A DNA stretch of 64,000 bases from the NCBI GenBank assembly GCA_900617105.1, contig UYFQ01000242.1, forward strand, positions 1 through 64,000, written 5' to 3'. Under the pieces are notes generated by a model. It searched no databases, had not been told where the DNA came from, and saw nothing but the letters and a program-made list of their open reading frames with translations. Both the position numbers and the translations under genes were made by a program. Source of the stretch: Hydrurus foetidus (lineage: Eukaryota). This document shows positions 1-14,480 of the stretch, piece by piece (positions within the stretch are counted from its first letter, which is position 1; every line of letters begins with the position of its first letter).

Positions 1-3000
1 TCATCGCCGCCGCAGCAGTAGCGAACAGCTTACATTTCAACCAACTGTACAGTCCATCTTGTTGCGAGTCGAGTGAAGTCGATTCAACTTGAATCGAATA
101 GGATTGCTCCCATCGCCGCCGCAGCAGTAGCGAACAGCTTACATTCCAACCAACTGTACAGTCCATCTTGTTGCGAGTCGAGTGAAGTCGATTCAACTTG
201 AATCGAATAGGATTGCTCCCATCGCCGCCGCAGCAGTAGCGAACAGCTTACATTTCAACCAACTGTACAGTCCATCTTGTTGCGAGTCGAGTGAAGTCGA
301 TTCAACTTGAATCGAATAGGATTGCTCCCATCGCCGCCGCAGCAGTAGCGAACAGCTTACATTCCAACCAACTGTACAGTCCATCTTGTTGCGAGTCGAG
401 AGAAGTCGATTCAACTTGAATCGAATAGGATTGCTCCCATCGCCGCCGCAGCAGTAGCGAACAGCTTACATTCCAACCAACTGTACAGTCCATCTTGTTG
501 CGAGTCGAGTCGAGTTAAGTCGATTCAACTTGAATCGAATAGGATTGCTCCCATCGCCGCCGCAGCAGTAGCGAACAGCTTACATTCCAACCAACTGTAC
601 AGTCCATCTTGTTGCGAGTCGAGTCGAGTTAAGTCGATTCAACTTGAATCGAATAGGATTGCTCCCATCGCCGCCGCAGCAGTAGCGAACAGCTTACATT
701 TCAACCAACTGTACAGTCCATCTTGTTGCGAGTCGAGTGAAGTCGATTCAACTTGAATCGAATAGGATTGCTCCCATCGCCGCCGCAGCAGTAGCGAACA
801 GCTTACATTTCAACCAACTGTACAGTCCATCTTGTTGCGAGTCGAGTGAAGTCGATTCAACTTGAATCGAATAGGATTGCTCCCATCGCCGCCGCAGCAG
901 TAGCGAACAGCTTACATTTCAACCAACTGTACAGTCCATCTTGTTGCGAGTCGAGTGAAGTCGATTTCAACTTGAATCGAATAGGATTGCTCCCATCGCC
1001 GCCGCAGCAGTAGCGAACAGCTTACATTTCAACCAACTGTACAGTCCATCTTGTTGCGAGTCGAGTGAGTCGAGTCGAAGTCGATTCAACTTGAATCGAA
1101 TAGGATTGCTCCCATCGCCGCCGCAGCAGTAGCGAACAGCTTACATTTCAACCAACTGTACAGTCCATCTTGTTGCGAGTCGAGTGAAGTCGATTCAACT
1201 TGAATCGAATAGGATTGCTCCCATCGCCGCCGCAGCAGTAGCGAACAGCTTACATTTCAACCAACTGTACAGTCCATCTTGTTGCGAGTCGAGTGAAGTC
1301 GATTCAACTTGAATCGAATAGGATTGCTCCCATCGCCGCCGCAGCAGTAGCGAACAGCTTACATTTCAACCAACTGTACAGTCCATCTTGTTGCGAGTCG
1401 AGTGAAGTCGATTCAACTTGAATCGAATAGGATTGCTCCCATCGCCGCCGCAGCAGTAGCGAACAGCTTACATTTCAACCAACTGTACAGTCCATCTTGT
1501 TGCGAGTCGAGTGAAGTCGATTCAACTTGAATCGAATAGGATTGCTCCCATCGCCGCCGCAGCAGTAGCGAACAGCTTACATTTCAACCAACTGTACAGT
1601 CCATCTTGTTGCGAGTCGAGTGAAGTCGATTCAACTTGAATCGAATAGGATTGCTCCCATCGCCGCCGCAGCAGTAGCGAACAGCTTACATTTCAACCAA
1701 CTGTACAGTCCATCTTGTTGCGAGTCGAGTGAAGTCGATTCAACTTGAATCGAATAGGATTGCTCCCATCGCCGCCGCAGCAGTAGCGAACAGCTTACAT
1801 TTCAACCAACTGTACAGTCCATCTTGTTGCGAGTCGAGTGAAGTCGATTCAACTTGAATCGAATAGGATTGCTCCCATCGCCGCCGCAGCAGTAGCGAAC
1901 AGCTTACATTTCAACCAACTGTACAGTCCATCTTGTTGCGAGTCGAGTGAAGTCGATCGATTCAACTTGAATCGAATAGGATTGCTCCCATCGCCGCCGC
2001 AGCAGTAGCGAACAGCTTACATTTCAACCAACTGTACAGTCCATCTTGTTGCGAGTCGAGTGAAGTCGATTCAACTTGAATCGAATAGGATTGCTCCCAT
2101 CGCCGCCGCAGCAGTAGCGAACAGCTTACATTTCAACCAACTGTACAGTCCATCTTGTTGCGAGTCGAGTGAAGTCGATTCAACTTGAATCGAATAGGAT
2201 TGCTCCCATCGCCGCCGCAGCAGTAGCGAACAGCTTACATTTCAACCAACTGTACAGTCCATCTTGTTGCGAGTCGAGTGAAGTCGATTCAACTTGAATC
2301 GAATAGGATTGCTCCCATCGCCGCCGCAGCAGTAGCGAACAGCTTACATTTCAACCAACTGTACAGTCCATCTTGTTGCGAGTCGAGTGAAGTCGATTCA
2401 ACTTGAATCGAATAGGATTGCTCCCATCGCCGCCGCAGCAGTAGCGAACAGCTTACATTTCAACCAACTGTACAGTCCATCTTGTTGCGAGTCGAGTGAA
2501 GTCGATTCAACTTGAATCGAATAGGATTGCTCCCATCGCCGCCGCAGCAGTAGCGAACAGCTTACATTTCAACCAACTGTACAGTCCATCTTGTTGCGAG
2601 TCGAGTGAAGTCGATTCAACTTGAATCGAATAGGATTGCTCCCATCGCCGCCGCAGCAGTAGCGAACAGCTTACATTTCAACCAACTGTACAGTCCATCT
2701 TGTTGCGAGTCGAGTGAAGTCGATTCAACTTGAATCGAATAGGATTGCTCCCATCGCCGCCGCAGCAGTAGCGAACAGCTTACATTTCAACCAACTGTAC
2801 AGTCCATCTTGTTGCGAGTCGAGTGAAGTCGATTCAACTTGAATCGAATAGGATTGCTCCCATCGCCGCCGCAGCAGTAGCGAACAGCTTACATTTCAAC
2901 CAACTGTACAGTCCATCTTGTTGCGAGTCGAGTGAAGTCGATTCAACTTGAATCGAATAGGATTGCTCCCATCGCCGCCGCAGCAGTAGCGAACAGCTTA

Positions 3001-6000
3001 CATTTCAACCAACTGTACAGTCCATCTTGTTGCGAGTCGAGTGAAGTCGATTCAACTTGAATCGAATAGGATTGCTCCCATCGCCGCCGCAGCAGTAGCG
3101 AACAGCTTACATTTCAACCAACTGTACAGTCCATCTTGTTGCGAGTCGAGTGAAGTCGATTCAACTTGAATCGAATAGGATTGCTCCCATCGCCGCCGCA
3201 GCAGTAGCGAACAGCTTACATTTCAACCAACTGTACAGTCCATCTTGTTGCGAGTCGAGTGAAGTCGATTCAACTTGAATCGAATAGGATTGCTCCCATC
3301 GCCGCCGCAGCAGTAGCGAACAGCTTACATTTCAACCAACTGTACAGTCCATCTTGTTGCGAGTCGAGTGAAGTCGATTCAACTTGAATCGAATAGGATT
3401 GCTCCCATCGCCGCCGCAGCAGTAGCGAACAGCTTACATTTCAACCAACTGTACAGTCCATCTTGTTGCGAGTCGAGTGAAGTCGATTCAACTTGAATCG
3501 AATAGGATTGCTCCCATCGCCGCCGCAGCAGTAGCGAACAGCTTACATTTCAACCAACTGTACAGTCCATCTTGTTGCGAGTCGAGTGAAGTCGATTCAA
3601 CTTGAATCGAATAGGATTGCTCCCATCGCCGCCGCAGCAGTAGCGAACAGCTTACATTTCAACCAACTGTACAGTCCATCTTGTTGCGAGTCGAGTGAAG
3701 TCGATTCAACTTGAATCGAATAGGATTGCTCCCATCGCCGCCGCAGCAGTAGCGAACAGCTTACATTTCAACCAACTGTACAGTCCATCTTGTTGCGAGT
3801 CGAGTGAAGTCGATTCAACTTGAATCGAATAGGATTGCTCCCATCGCCGCCGCAGCAGTAGCGAACAGCTTACATTTCAACCAACTGTACAGTCCATCTT
3901 GTTGCGAGTCGAGTGAAGTCGATTCAACTTGAATCGAATAGGATTGCTCCCATCGCCGCCGCAGCAGTAGCGAACAGCTTACATTTCAACCAACTGTACA
4001 GTCCATCTTGTTGCGAGTCGAGTGAAGTCGATTCAACTTGAATCGAATAGGATTGCTCCCATCGCCGCCGCAGCAGTAGCGAACAGCTTACATTTCAACC
4101 AACTGTACAGTCCATCTTGTTGCGAGTCGAGTGAAGTCGATTCAACTTGAATCGAATAGGATTGCTCCCATCGCCGCCGCAGCAGTAGCGAACAGCTTAC
4201 ATTTCAACCAACTGTACAGTCCATCTTGTTGCGAGTCGAGTGAAGTCGATTCAACTTGAATCGAATAGGATTGCTCCCATCGCCGCCGCAGCAGTAGCGA
4301 ACAGCTTACATTTCAACCAACTGTACAGTCCATCTTGTTGCGAGTCGAGTGAAGTCGATTCAACTTGAATCGAATAGGATTGCTCCCATCGCCGCCGCAG
4401 CAGTAGCGAACAGCTTACATTTCAACCAACTGTACAGTCCATCTTGTTGCGAGTCGAGTGAAGTCGATTCAACTTGAATCGAATAGGATTGCTCCCATCG
4501 CCGCCGCAGCAGTAGCGAACAGCTTACATTTCAACCAACTGTACAGTCCATCTTGTTGCGAGTCGAGTGAAGTCGATTCAACTTGAATCGAATAGGATTG
4601 CTCCCATCGCCGCCGCAGCAGTAGCGAACAGCTTACATTTCAACCAACTGTACAGTCCATCTTGTTGCGAGTCGAGTGAAGTCGATTCAACTTGAATCGA
4701 ATAGGATTGCTCCCATCGCCGCCGCAGCAGTAGCGAACAGCTTACATTTCAACCAACTGTACAGTCCATCTTGTTGCGAGTCGAGTGAAGTCGATTCAAC
4801 TTGAATCGAATAGGATTGCTCCCATCGCCGCCGCAGCAGTAGCGAACAGCTTACATTTCAACCAACTGTACAGTCCATCTTGTTGCGAGTCGAGTGAAGT
4901 CGATTCAACTTGAATCGAATAGGATTGCTCCCATCGCCGCCGCAGCAGTAGCGAACAGCTTACATTTCAACCAACTGTACAGTCCATCTTGTTGCGAGTC
5001 GAGTGAAGTCGATTCAACTTGAATCGAATAGGATTGCTCCCATCGCCGCCGCAGCAGTAGCGAACAGCTTACATTTCAACCAACTGTACAGTCCATCTTG
5101 TTGCGAGTCGAGTGAAGTCGATTCAACTTGAATCGAATAGGATTGCTCCCATCGCCGCCGCAGCAGTAGCGAACAGCTTACATTTCAACCAACTGTACAG
5201 TCCATCTTGTTGCGAGTCGAGTGAAGTCGATTCAACTTGAATCGAATAGGATTGCTCCCATCGCCGCCGCAGCAGTAGCGAACAGCTTACATTTCAACCA
5301 ACTGTACAGTCCATCTTGTTGCGAGTCGAGTGAAGTCGATTCAACTTGAATCGAATAGGATTGCTCCCATCGCCGCCGCAGCAGTAGCGAACAGCTTACA
5401 TTTCAACCAACTGTACAGTCCATCTTGTTGCGAGTCGAGTGAAGTCGATTCAACTTGAATCGAATAGGATTGCTCCCATCGCCGCCGCAGCAGTAGCGAA
5501 CAGCTTACATTTCAACCAACTGTACAGTCCATCTTGTTGCGAGTCGAGTGAAGTCGATTCAACTTGAATCGAATAGGATTGCTCCCATCGCCGCCGCAGC
5601 AGTAGCGAACAGCTTACATTTCAACCAACTGTACAGTCCATCTTGTTGCGAGTCGAGTGAAGTCGATTCAACTTGAATCGAATAGGATTGCTCCCATCGC
5701 CGCCGCAGCAGTAGCGAACAGCTTACATTTCAACCAACTGTACAGTCCATCTTGTTGCGAGTCGAGTGAAGTCGATTCAACTTGAATCGAATAGGATTGC
5801 TCCCATCGCCGCCGCAGCAGTAGCGAACAGCTTACATTTCAACCAACTGTACAGTCCATCTTGTTGCGAGTCGAGTGAAGTCGATTCAACTTGAATCGAA
5901 TAGGATTGCTCCCATCGCCGCCGCAGCAGTAGCGAACAGCTTACATTTCAACCAACTGTACAGTCCATCTTGTTGCGAGTCGAGTGAAGTCGATTCAACT

Positions 6001-9000
6001 TGAATCGAATAGGATTGCTCCCATCGCCGCCGCAGCAGTAGCGAACAGCTTACATTTCAACCAACTGTACAGTCCATCTTGTTGCGAGTCGAGTGAAGTC
6101 GATTCAACTTGAATCGAATAGGATTGCTCCCATCGCCGCCGCAGCAGTAGCGAACAGCTTACATTTCAACCAACTGTACAGTCCATCTTGTTGCGAGTCG
6201 AGTGAAGTCGATTCAACTTGAATCGAATAGGATTGCTCCCATCGCCGCCGCAGCAGTAGCGAACAGCTTACATTTCAACCAACTGTACAGTCCATCTTGT
6301 TGCGAGTCGAGTGAAGTCGATTCAACTTGAATCGAATAGGATTGCTCCCATCGCCGCCGCAGCAGTAGCGAACAGCTTACATTTCAACCAACTGTACAGT
6401 CCATCTTGTTGCGAGTCGAGTGAAGTCGATTCAACTTGAATCGAATAGGATTGCTCCCATCGCCGCCGCAGCAGTAGCGAACAGCTTACATTTCAACCAA
6501 CTGTACAGTCCATCTTGTTGCGAGTCGAGTGAAGTCGATTCAACTTGAATCGAATAGGATTGCTCCCATCGCCGCCGCAGCAGTAGCGAACAGCTTACAT
6601 TTCAACCAACTGTACAGTCCATCTTGTTGCGAGTCGAGTGAAGTCGATTCAACTTGAATCGAATAGGATTGCTCCCATCGCCGCCGCAGCAGTAGCGAAC
6701 AGCTTACATTTCAACCAACTGTACAGTCCATCTTGTTGCGAGTCGAGTGAAGTCGATTCAACTTGAATCGAATAGGATTGCTCCCATCGCCGCCGCAGCA
6801 GTAGCGAACAGCTTACATTTCAACCAACTGTACAGTCCATCTTGTTGCGAGTCGAGTGAAGTCGATTCAACTTGAATCGAATAGGATTGCTCCCATCGCC
6901 GCCGCAGCAGTAGCGAACAGCTTACATTTCAACCAACTGTACAGTCCATCTTGTTGCGAGTCGAGTGAAGTCGATTCAACTTGAATCGAATAGGATTGCT
7001 CCCATCGCCGCCGCAGCAGTAGCGAACAGCTTACATTTCAACCAACTGTACAGTCCATCTTGTTGCGAGTCGAGTGAAGTCGATTCAACTTGAATCGAAT
7101 AGGATTGCTCCCATCGCCGCCGCAGCAGTAGCGAACAGCTTACATTTCAACCAACTGTACAGTCCATCTTGTTGCGAGTCGAGTGAAGTCGATTCAACTT
7201 GAATCGAATAGGATTGCTCCCATCGCCGCCGCAGCAGTAGCGAACAGCTTACATTTCAACCAACTGTACAGTCCATCTTGTTGCGAGTCGAGTGAAGTCG
7301 ATTCAACTTGAATCGAATAGGATTGCTCCCATCGCCGCCGCAGCAGTAGCGAACAGCTTACATTTCAACCAACTGTACAGTCCATCTTGTTGCGAGTCGA
7401 GTGAAGTCGATTCAACTTGAATCGAATAGGATTGCTCCCATCGCCGCCGCAGCAGTAGCGAACAGCTTACATTTCAACCAACTGTACAGTCCATCTTGTT
7501 GCGAGTCGAGTGAAGTCGATTCAACTTGAATCGAATAGGATTGCTCCCATCGCCGCCGCAGCAGTAGCGAACAGCTTACATTTCAACCAACTGTACAGTC
7601 CATCTTGTTGCGAGTCGAGTGAAGTCGATTCAACTTGAATCGAATAGGATTGCTCCCATCGCCGCCGCAGCAGTAGCGAACAGCTTACATTTCAACCAAC
7701 TGTACAGTCCATCTTGTTGCGAGTCGAGTGAAGTCGATTCAACTTGAATCGAATAGGATTGCTCCCATCGCCGCCGCAGCAGTAGCGAACAGCTTACATT
7801 TCAACCAACTGTACAGTCCATCTTGTTGCGAGTCGAGTGAAGTCGATTCAACTTGAATCGAATAGGATTGCTCCCATCGCCGCCGCAGCAGTAGCGAACA
7901 GCTTACATTTCAACCAACTGTACAGTCCATCTTGTTGCGAGTCGAGTGAAGTCGATTCAACTTGAATCGAATAGGATTGCTCCCATCGCCGCCGCAGCAG
8001 TAGCGAACAGCTTACATTTCAACCAACTGTACAGTCCATCTTGTTGCGAGTCGAGTGAAGTCGATTCAACTTGAATCGAATAGGATTGCTCCCATCGCCG
8101 CCGCAGCAGTAGCGAACAGCTTACATTTCAACCAACTGTACAGTCCATCTTGTTGCGAGTCGAGTGAAGTCGATTCAACTTGAATCGAATAGGATTGCTC
8201 CCATCGCCGCCGCAGCAGTAGCGAACAGCTTACATTTCAACCAACTGTACAGTCCATCTTGTTGCGAGTCGAGTGAAGTCGATTCAACTTGAATCGAATA
8301 GGATTGCTCCCATCGCCGCCGCAGCAGTAGCGAACAGCTTACATTTCAACCAACTGTACAGTCCATCTTGTTGCGAGTCGAGTGAAGTCGATTCAACTTG
8401 AATCGAATAGGATTGCTCCCATCGCCGCCGCAGCAGTAGCGAACAGCTTACATTTCAACCAACTGTACAGTCCATCTTGTTGCGAGTCGAGTGAAGTCGA
8501 TTCAACTTGAATCGAATAGGATTGCTCCCATCGCCGCCGCAGCAGTAGCGAACAGCTTACATTTCAACCAACTGTACAGTCCATCTTGTTGCGAGTCGAG
8601 TGAAGTCGATTCAACTTGAATCGAATAGGATTGCTCCCATCGCCGCCGCAGCAGTAGCGAACAGCTTACATTTCAACCAACTGTACAGTCCATCTTGTTG
8701 CGAGTCGAGTGAAGTCGATTCAACTTGAATCGAATAGGATTGCTCCCATCGCCGCCGCAGCAGTAGCGAACAGCTTACATTTCAACCAACTGTACAGTCC
8801 ATCTTGTTGCGAGTCGAGTGAAGTCGATTCAACTTGAATCGAATAGGATTGCTCCCATCGCCGCCGCAGCAGTAGCGAACAGCTTACATTTCAACCAACT
8901 GTACAGTCCATCTTGTTGCGAGTCGAGTGAAGTCGATTCAACTTGAATCGAATAGGATTGCTCCCATCGCCGCCGCAGCAGTAGCGAACAGCTTACATTT

Positions 9001-12000
9001 CAACCAACTGTACAGTCCATCTTGTTGCGAGTCGAGTGAAGTCGATTCAACTTGAATCGAATAGGATTGCTCCCATCGCCGCCGCAGCAGTAGCGAACAG
9101 CTTACATTTCAACCAACTGTACAGTCCATCTTGTTGCGAGTCGAGTGAAGTCGATTCAACTTGAATCGAATAGGATTGCTCCCATCGCCGCCGCAGCAGT
9201 AGCGAACAGCTTACATTTCAACCAACTGTACAGTCCATCTTGTTGCGAGTCGAGTGAAGTCGATTCAACTTGAATCGAATAGGATTGCTCCCATCGCCGC
9301 CGCAGCAGTAGCGAACAGCTTACATTTCAACCAACTGTACAGTCCATCTTGTTGCGAGTCGAGTGAAGTCGATTCAACTTGAATCGAATAGGATTGCTCC
9401 CATCGCCGCCGCAGCAGTAGCGAACAGCTTACATTTCAACCAACTGTACAGTCCATCTTGTTGCGAGTCGAGTGAAGTCGATTCAACTTGAATCGAATAG
9501 GATTGCTCCCATCGCCGCCGCAGCAGTAGCGAACAGCTTACATTTCAACCAACTGTACAGTCCATCTTGTTGCGAGTCGAGTGAAGTCGATTCAACTTGA
9601 ATCGAATAGGATTGCTCCCATCGCCGCCGCAGCAGTAGCGAACAGCTTACATTTCAACCAACTGTACAGTCCATCTTGTTGCGAGTCGAGTGAAGTCGAT
9701 TCAACTTGAATCGAATAGGATTGCTCCCATCGCCGCCGCAGCAGTAGCGAACAGCTTACATTTCAACCAACTGTACAGTCCATCTTGTTGCGAGTCGAGT
9801 GAAGTCGATTCAACTTGAATCGAATAGGATTGCTCCCATCGCCGCCGCAGCAGTAGCGAACAGCTTACATTTCAACCAACTGTACAGTCCATCTTGTTGC
9901 GAGTCGAGTGAAGTCGATTCAACTTGAATCGAATAGGATTGCTCCCATCGCCGCCGCAGCAGTAGCGAACAGCTTACATTTCAACCAACTGTACAGTCCA
10001 TCTTGTTGCGAGTCGAGTGAAGTCGATTCAACTTGAATCGAATAGGATTGCTCCCATCGCCGCCGCAGCAGTAGCGAACAGCTTACATTTCAACCAACTG
10101 TACAGTCCATCTTGTTGCGAGTCGAGTGAAGTCGATTCAACTTGAATCGAATAGGATTGCTCCCATCGCCGCCGCAGCAGTAGCGAACAGCTTACATTTC
10201 AACCAACTGTACAGTCCATCTTGTTGCGAGTCGAGTGAAGTCGATTCAACTTGAATCGAATAGGATTGCTCCCATCGCCGCCGCAGCAGTAGCGAACAGC
10301 TTACATTTCAACCAACTGTACAGTCCATCTTGTTGCGAGTCGAGTGAAGTCGATTCAACTTGAATCGAATAGGATTGCTCCCATCGCCGCCGCAGCAGTA
10401 GCGAACAGCTTACATTTCAACCAACTGTACAGTCCATCTTGTTGCGAGTCGAGTGAAGTCGATTCAACTTGAATCGAATAGGATTGCTCCCATCGCCGCC
10501 GCAGCAGTAGCGAACAGCTTACATTTCAACCAACTGTACAGTCCATCTTGTTGCGAGTCGAGTGAAGTCGATTCAACTTGAATCGAATAGGATTGCTCCC
10601 ATCGCCGCCGCAGCAGTAGCGAACAGCTTACATTTCAACCAACTGTACAGTCCATCTTGTTGCGAGTCGAGTGAAGTCGATTCAACTTGAATCGAATAGG
10701 ATTGCTCCCATCGCCGCCGCAGCAGTAGCGAACAGCTTACATTTCAACCAACTGTACAGTCCATCTTGTTGCGAGTCGAGTGAAGTCGATTCAACTTGAA
10801 TCGAATAGGATTGCTCCCATCGCCGCCGCAGCAGTAGCGAACAGCTTACATTTCAACCAACTGTACAGTCCATCTTGTTGCGAGTCGAGTGAGTCGAGTC
10901 GAGTCGATTCAACTTGAATCGAATAGGATTGCTCCCATCGCCGCCGCAGCAGTAGCGAACAGCTTACATTTCAACCAACTGTACAGTCCATCTTGTTGCG
11001 AGTCGAGTGAAGTCGATTCAACTTGAATCGAATAGGATTGCTCCCATCGCCGCCGCAGCAGTAGCGAACAGCTTACATTTCAACCAACTGTACAGTCCAT
11101 CTTGTTGCGAGTCGAGTGAAGTCGATTCAACTTGAATCGAATAGGATTGCTCCCATCGCCGCCGCAGCAGTAGCGAACAGCTTACATTTCAACCAACTGT
11201 ACAGTCCATCTTGTTGCGAGTCGAGTGAAGTCGATTCAACTTGAATCGAATAGGATTGCTCCCATCGCCGCCGCAGCAGTAGCGAACAGCTTACATTTCA
11301 ACCAACTGTACAGTCCATCTTGTTGCGAGTCGAGTGAAGTCGATTCAACTTGAATCGAATAGGATTGCTCCCATCGCCGCCGCAGCAGTAGCGAACAGCT
11401 TACATTTCAACCAACTGTACAGTCCATCTTGTTGCGAGTCGAGTGAAGTCGATTCAACTTGAATCGAATAGGATTGCTCCCATCGCCGCCGCAGCAGTAG
11501 CGAACAGCTTACATTTCAACCAACTGTACAGTCCATCTTGTTGCGAGTCGAGTGAAGTCGATTCAACTTGAATCGAATAGGATTGCTCCCATCGCCGCCG
11601 CAGCAGTAGCGAACAGCTTACATTTCAACCAACTGTACAGTCCATCTTGTTGCGAGTCGAGTGAAGTCGATTCAACTTGAATCGAATAGGATTGCTCCCA
11701 TCGCCGCCGCAGCAGTAGCGAACAGCTTACATTTCAACCAACTGTACAGTCCATCTTGTTGCGAGTCGAGTGAAGTCGATCGATTCAACTTGAATCGAAT
11801 AGGATTGCTCCCATCGCCGCCGCAGCAGTAGCGAACAGCTTACATTTCAACCAACTGTACAGTCCATCTTGTTGCGAGTCGAGTGAAGTCGATTCAACTT
11901 GAATCGAATAGGATTGCTCCCATCGCCGCCGCAGCAGTAGCGAACAGCTTACATTTCAACCAACTGTACAGTCCATCTTGTTGCGAGTCGAGTGAAGTCG

Positions 12001-13547
12001 ATTCAACTTGAATCGAATAGGATTGCTCCCATCGCCGCCGCAGCAGTAGCGAACAGCTTACATTTCAACCAACTGTACAGTCCATCTTGTTGCGAGTCGA
12101 GTGAAGTCGATTCAACTTGAATCGAATAGGATTGCTCCCATCGCCGCCGCAGCAGTAGCGAACAGCTTACATTTCAACCAACTGTACAGTCCATCTTGTT
12201 GCGAGTCGAGTGAAGTCGATTCAACTTGAATCGAATAGGATTGCTCCCATCGCCGCCGCAGCAGTAGCGAACAGCTTACATTTCAACCAACTGTACAGTC
12301 CATCTTGTTGCGAGTCGAGTGAAGTCGATTCAACTTGAATCGAATAGGATTGCTCCCATCGCCGCCGCAGCAGTAGCGAACAGCTTACATTTCAACCAAC
12401 TGTACAGTCCATCTTGTTGCGAGTCGAGTGAAGTCGATTCAACTTGAATCGAATAGGATTGCTCCCATCGCCGCCGCAGCAGTAGCGAACAGCTTACATT
12501 TCAACCAACTGTACAGTCCATCTTGTTGCGAGTCGAGTGAAGTCGATTCAACTTGAATCGAATAGGATTGCTCCCATCGCCGCCGCAGCAGTAGCGAACA
12601 GCTTACATTTCAACCAACTGTACAGTCCATCTTGTTGCGAGTCGAGTGAAGTCGATTCAACTTGAATCGAATAGGATTGCTCCCATCGCCGCCGCAGCAG
12701 TAGCGAACAGCTTACATTTCAACCAACTGTACAGTCCATCTTGTTGCGAGTCGAGTGAAGTCGATTCAACTTGAATCGAATAGGATTGCTCCCATCGCCG
12801 CCGCAGCAGTAGCGAACAGCTTACATTTCAACCAACTGTACAGTCCATCTTGTTGCGAGTCGAGTGAAGTCGATTCAACTTGAATCGAATAGGATTGCTC
12901 CCATCGCCGCCGCAGCAGTAGCGAACAGCTTACATTTCAACCAACTGTACAGTCCATCTTGTTGCGAGTCGAGTGAAGTCGATTCAACTTGAATCGAATA
13001 GGATTGCTCCCATCGCCGCCGCAGCAGTAGCGAACAGCTTACATTTCAACCAACTGTACAGTCCATCTTGTTGCGAGTCGAGTGAAGTCGATTCAACTTG
13101 AATCGAATAGGATTGCTCCCATCGCCGCCGCAGCAGTAGCGAACAGCTTACATTTCAACCAACTGTACAGTCCATCTTGTTGCGAGTCGAGTCGAGTCGA
13201 GTTAAGTCGATTCAACTTGAATCGAATAGGATTGCTCCCATCGCCGCCGCAGCAGTAGCGAACAGCTTACATTTCAACCAACTGTACAGTCCATCTTGTT
13301 GCGAGTCGAGTGAAGTCGATTCAACTTGAATCGAATAGGATTGCTCCCATCGCCGCCGCAGCAGTAGCGAACAGCTTACATTTCAACCAACTGTACAGTC
13401 CATCTTGTTGCGAGTCGAGTGAAGTCGATTCAACTTGAATCGAATAGGATTGCTCCCATCGCCGCCGCAGCAGTAGCGAACAGCTTACATTTCAACCAAC
13501 TGTACAGTCCATCTTGTTGCGAGTCGAGTGAAGTCGATTCAACTTGA
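1..13547. repeat. 109-bp tandem satellite, about 124 copies, truncated by the window start
   Basis: The monomer ATCGCCGCCGCAGCAGTAGCGAACAGCTTACATTTCAACCAACTGTACAGTCCATCTTGTTGCGAGTCGAGTGAAGTCGATTCAACTTGAATCGAATAGGATTGCTCCC recurs with period 109 (e.g. 1441 and 1550). There are few variants, mostly at 1-2000, 10.9 kb, 11.8 kb and 13.2 kb. Confidence 0.98.
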
Positions 13548-13606
13548 TATTGACGGTATGATAACGTGAGTAAGTGATAGTGTTACGAACAGCTTACATT
13601 TCAACA

Positions 13607-14480
13607 TTATGATACATCCATATTTACTCGTCGACTGACGTATTGGGAATCGAAATAATTGTTCCCATCGCAGCCGCAAGTTTTAACATAATATACTACT
13701 TGAGCTACCATTGATGGCTGATCTTGAGCATCGTAAGTTGTACCTGGAAATGTTGAGTCACCTAATAATTTCGTGAGTTTACCGCCCTGAATCATACCGT
13801 CATATTCATATGCAATATTGGCAATATTGAATCGACACTTGTAATGATGGGAAATGTGATATATCACACAAAATAGGTCATATTGCACAGCACGAATGTG
13901 CATTCGTTTCTCAAAATTGCATAGAACCGTATCACCAGAAAACGATATACATGCTATCAAAGGATATTCCACTACTTCATTTGTCGTCATCATCATCATA
14001 TTGCAGTCATGACAAATATAACTACTTTGATTTAATCCGAGAAGTTGTTCAATCATAGTAGTCATGCTATTCGAGGTATCAATATCGCTACCAAAATGTA
14101 CAGTCCATCTTGTTGCGAGTCGAGTTAGATTTCAATTCGCAGAAATCACTTGGACACTTGTTATGGCATAAGAGCGAACAGCTTACATACCTCGACACAT
14201 CCTCTATCTTGATGCAAACATTGTGAGTAAATGAATGAGTATGTCGTTTAACGCGGCATCTACCTTTCCTAAACCTCCATTTCATATTGTTCCGCATTAT
14301 TTGCCTCTACATCTGACATAGTATGATTGATCATCTGCTTGAAATTCTGTACCATGAACGGTAATGAGTCATTGAATGCTACTTTTAGCTGATCACTTCC
14401 AGTGGAATATGCAATCCACAATGAGGTGAATAACGCATCATACGCACATGAATTATCTTTCCACTGAAATCCTCTAAGTG
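13607..14480 (-). pseudogene. USP/papain-like cysteine protease domain at the transposase C-terminus, frameshifted
   Basis: Cys-box-like GFQWKDNSCAYDALF lies in the same ORF as the SWIM finger. Cys pairs CPSDFC and CHDC follow. A His-box-like YDLFCVIYHISHHY...YEYDG lies in ORF 13607-14065. The domain is split across three ORFs. Confidence 0.55.

Noticed and set aside
193..493. Short ORFs in the satellite
   Set aside because: The 109-bp period is not a multiple of 3; these ORFs arise from point variants.
1..13547. CRISPR array or tandem 5S/tRNA/SL-RNA genes
   Set aside because: There are no unique spacers or cas genes, and no recognisable 5S, tRNA cloverleaf or Sm-site features. The whole unit repeats.
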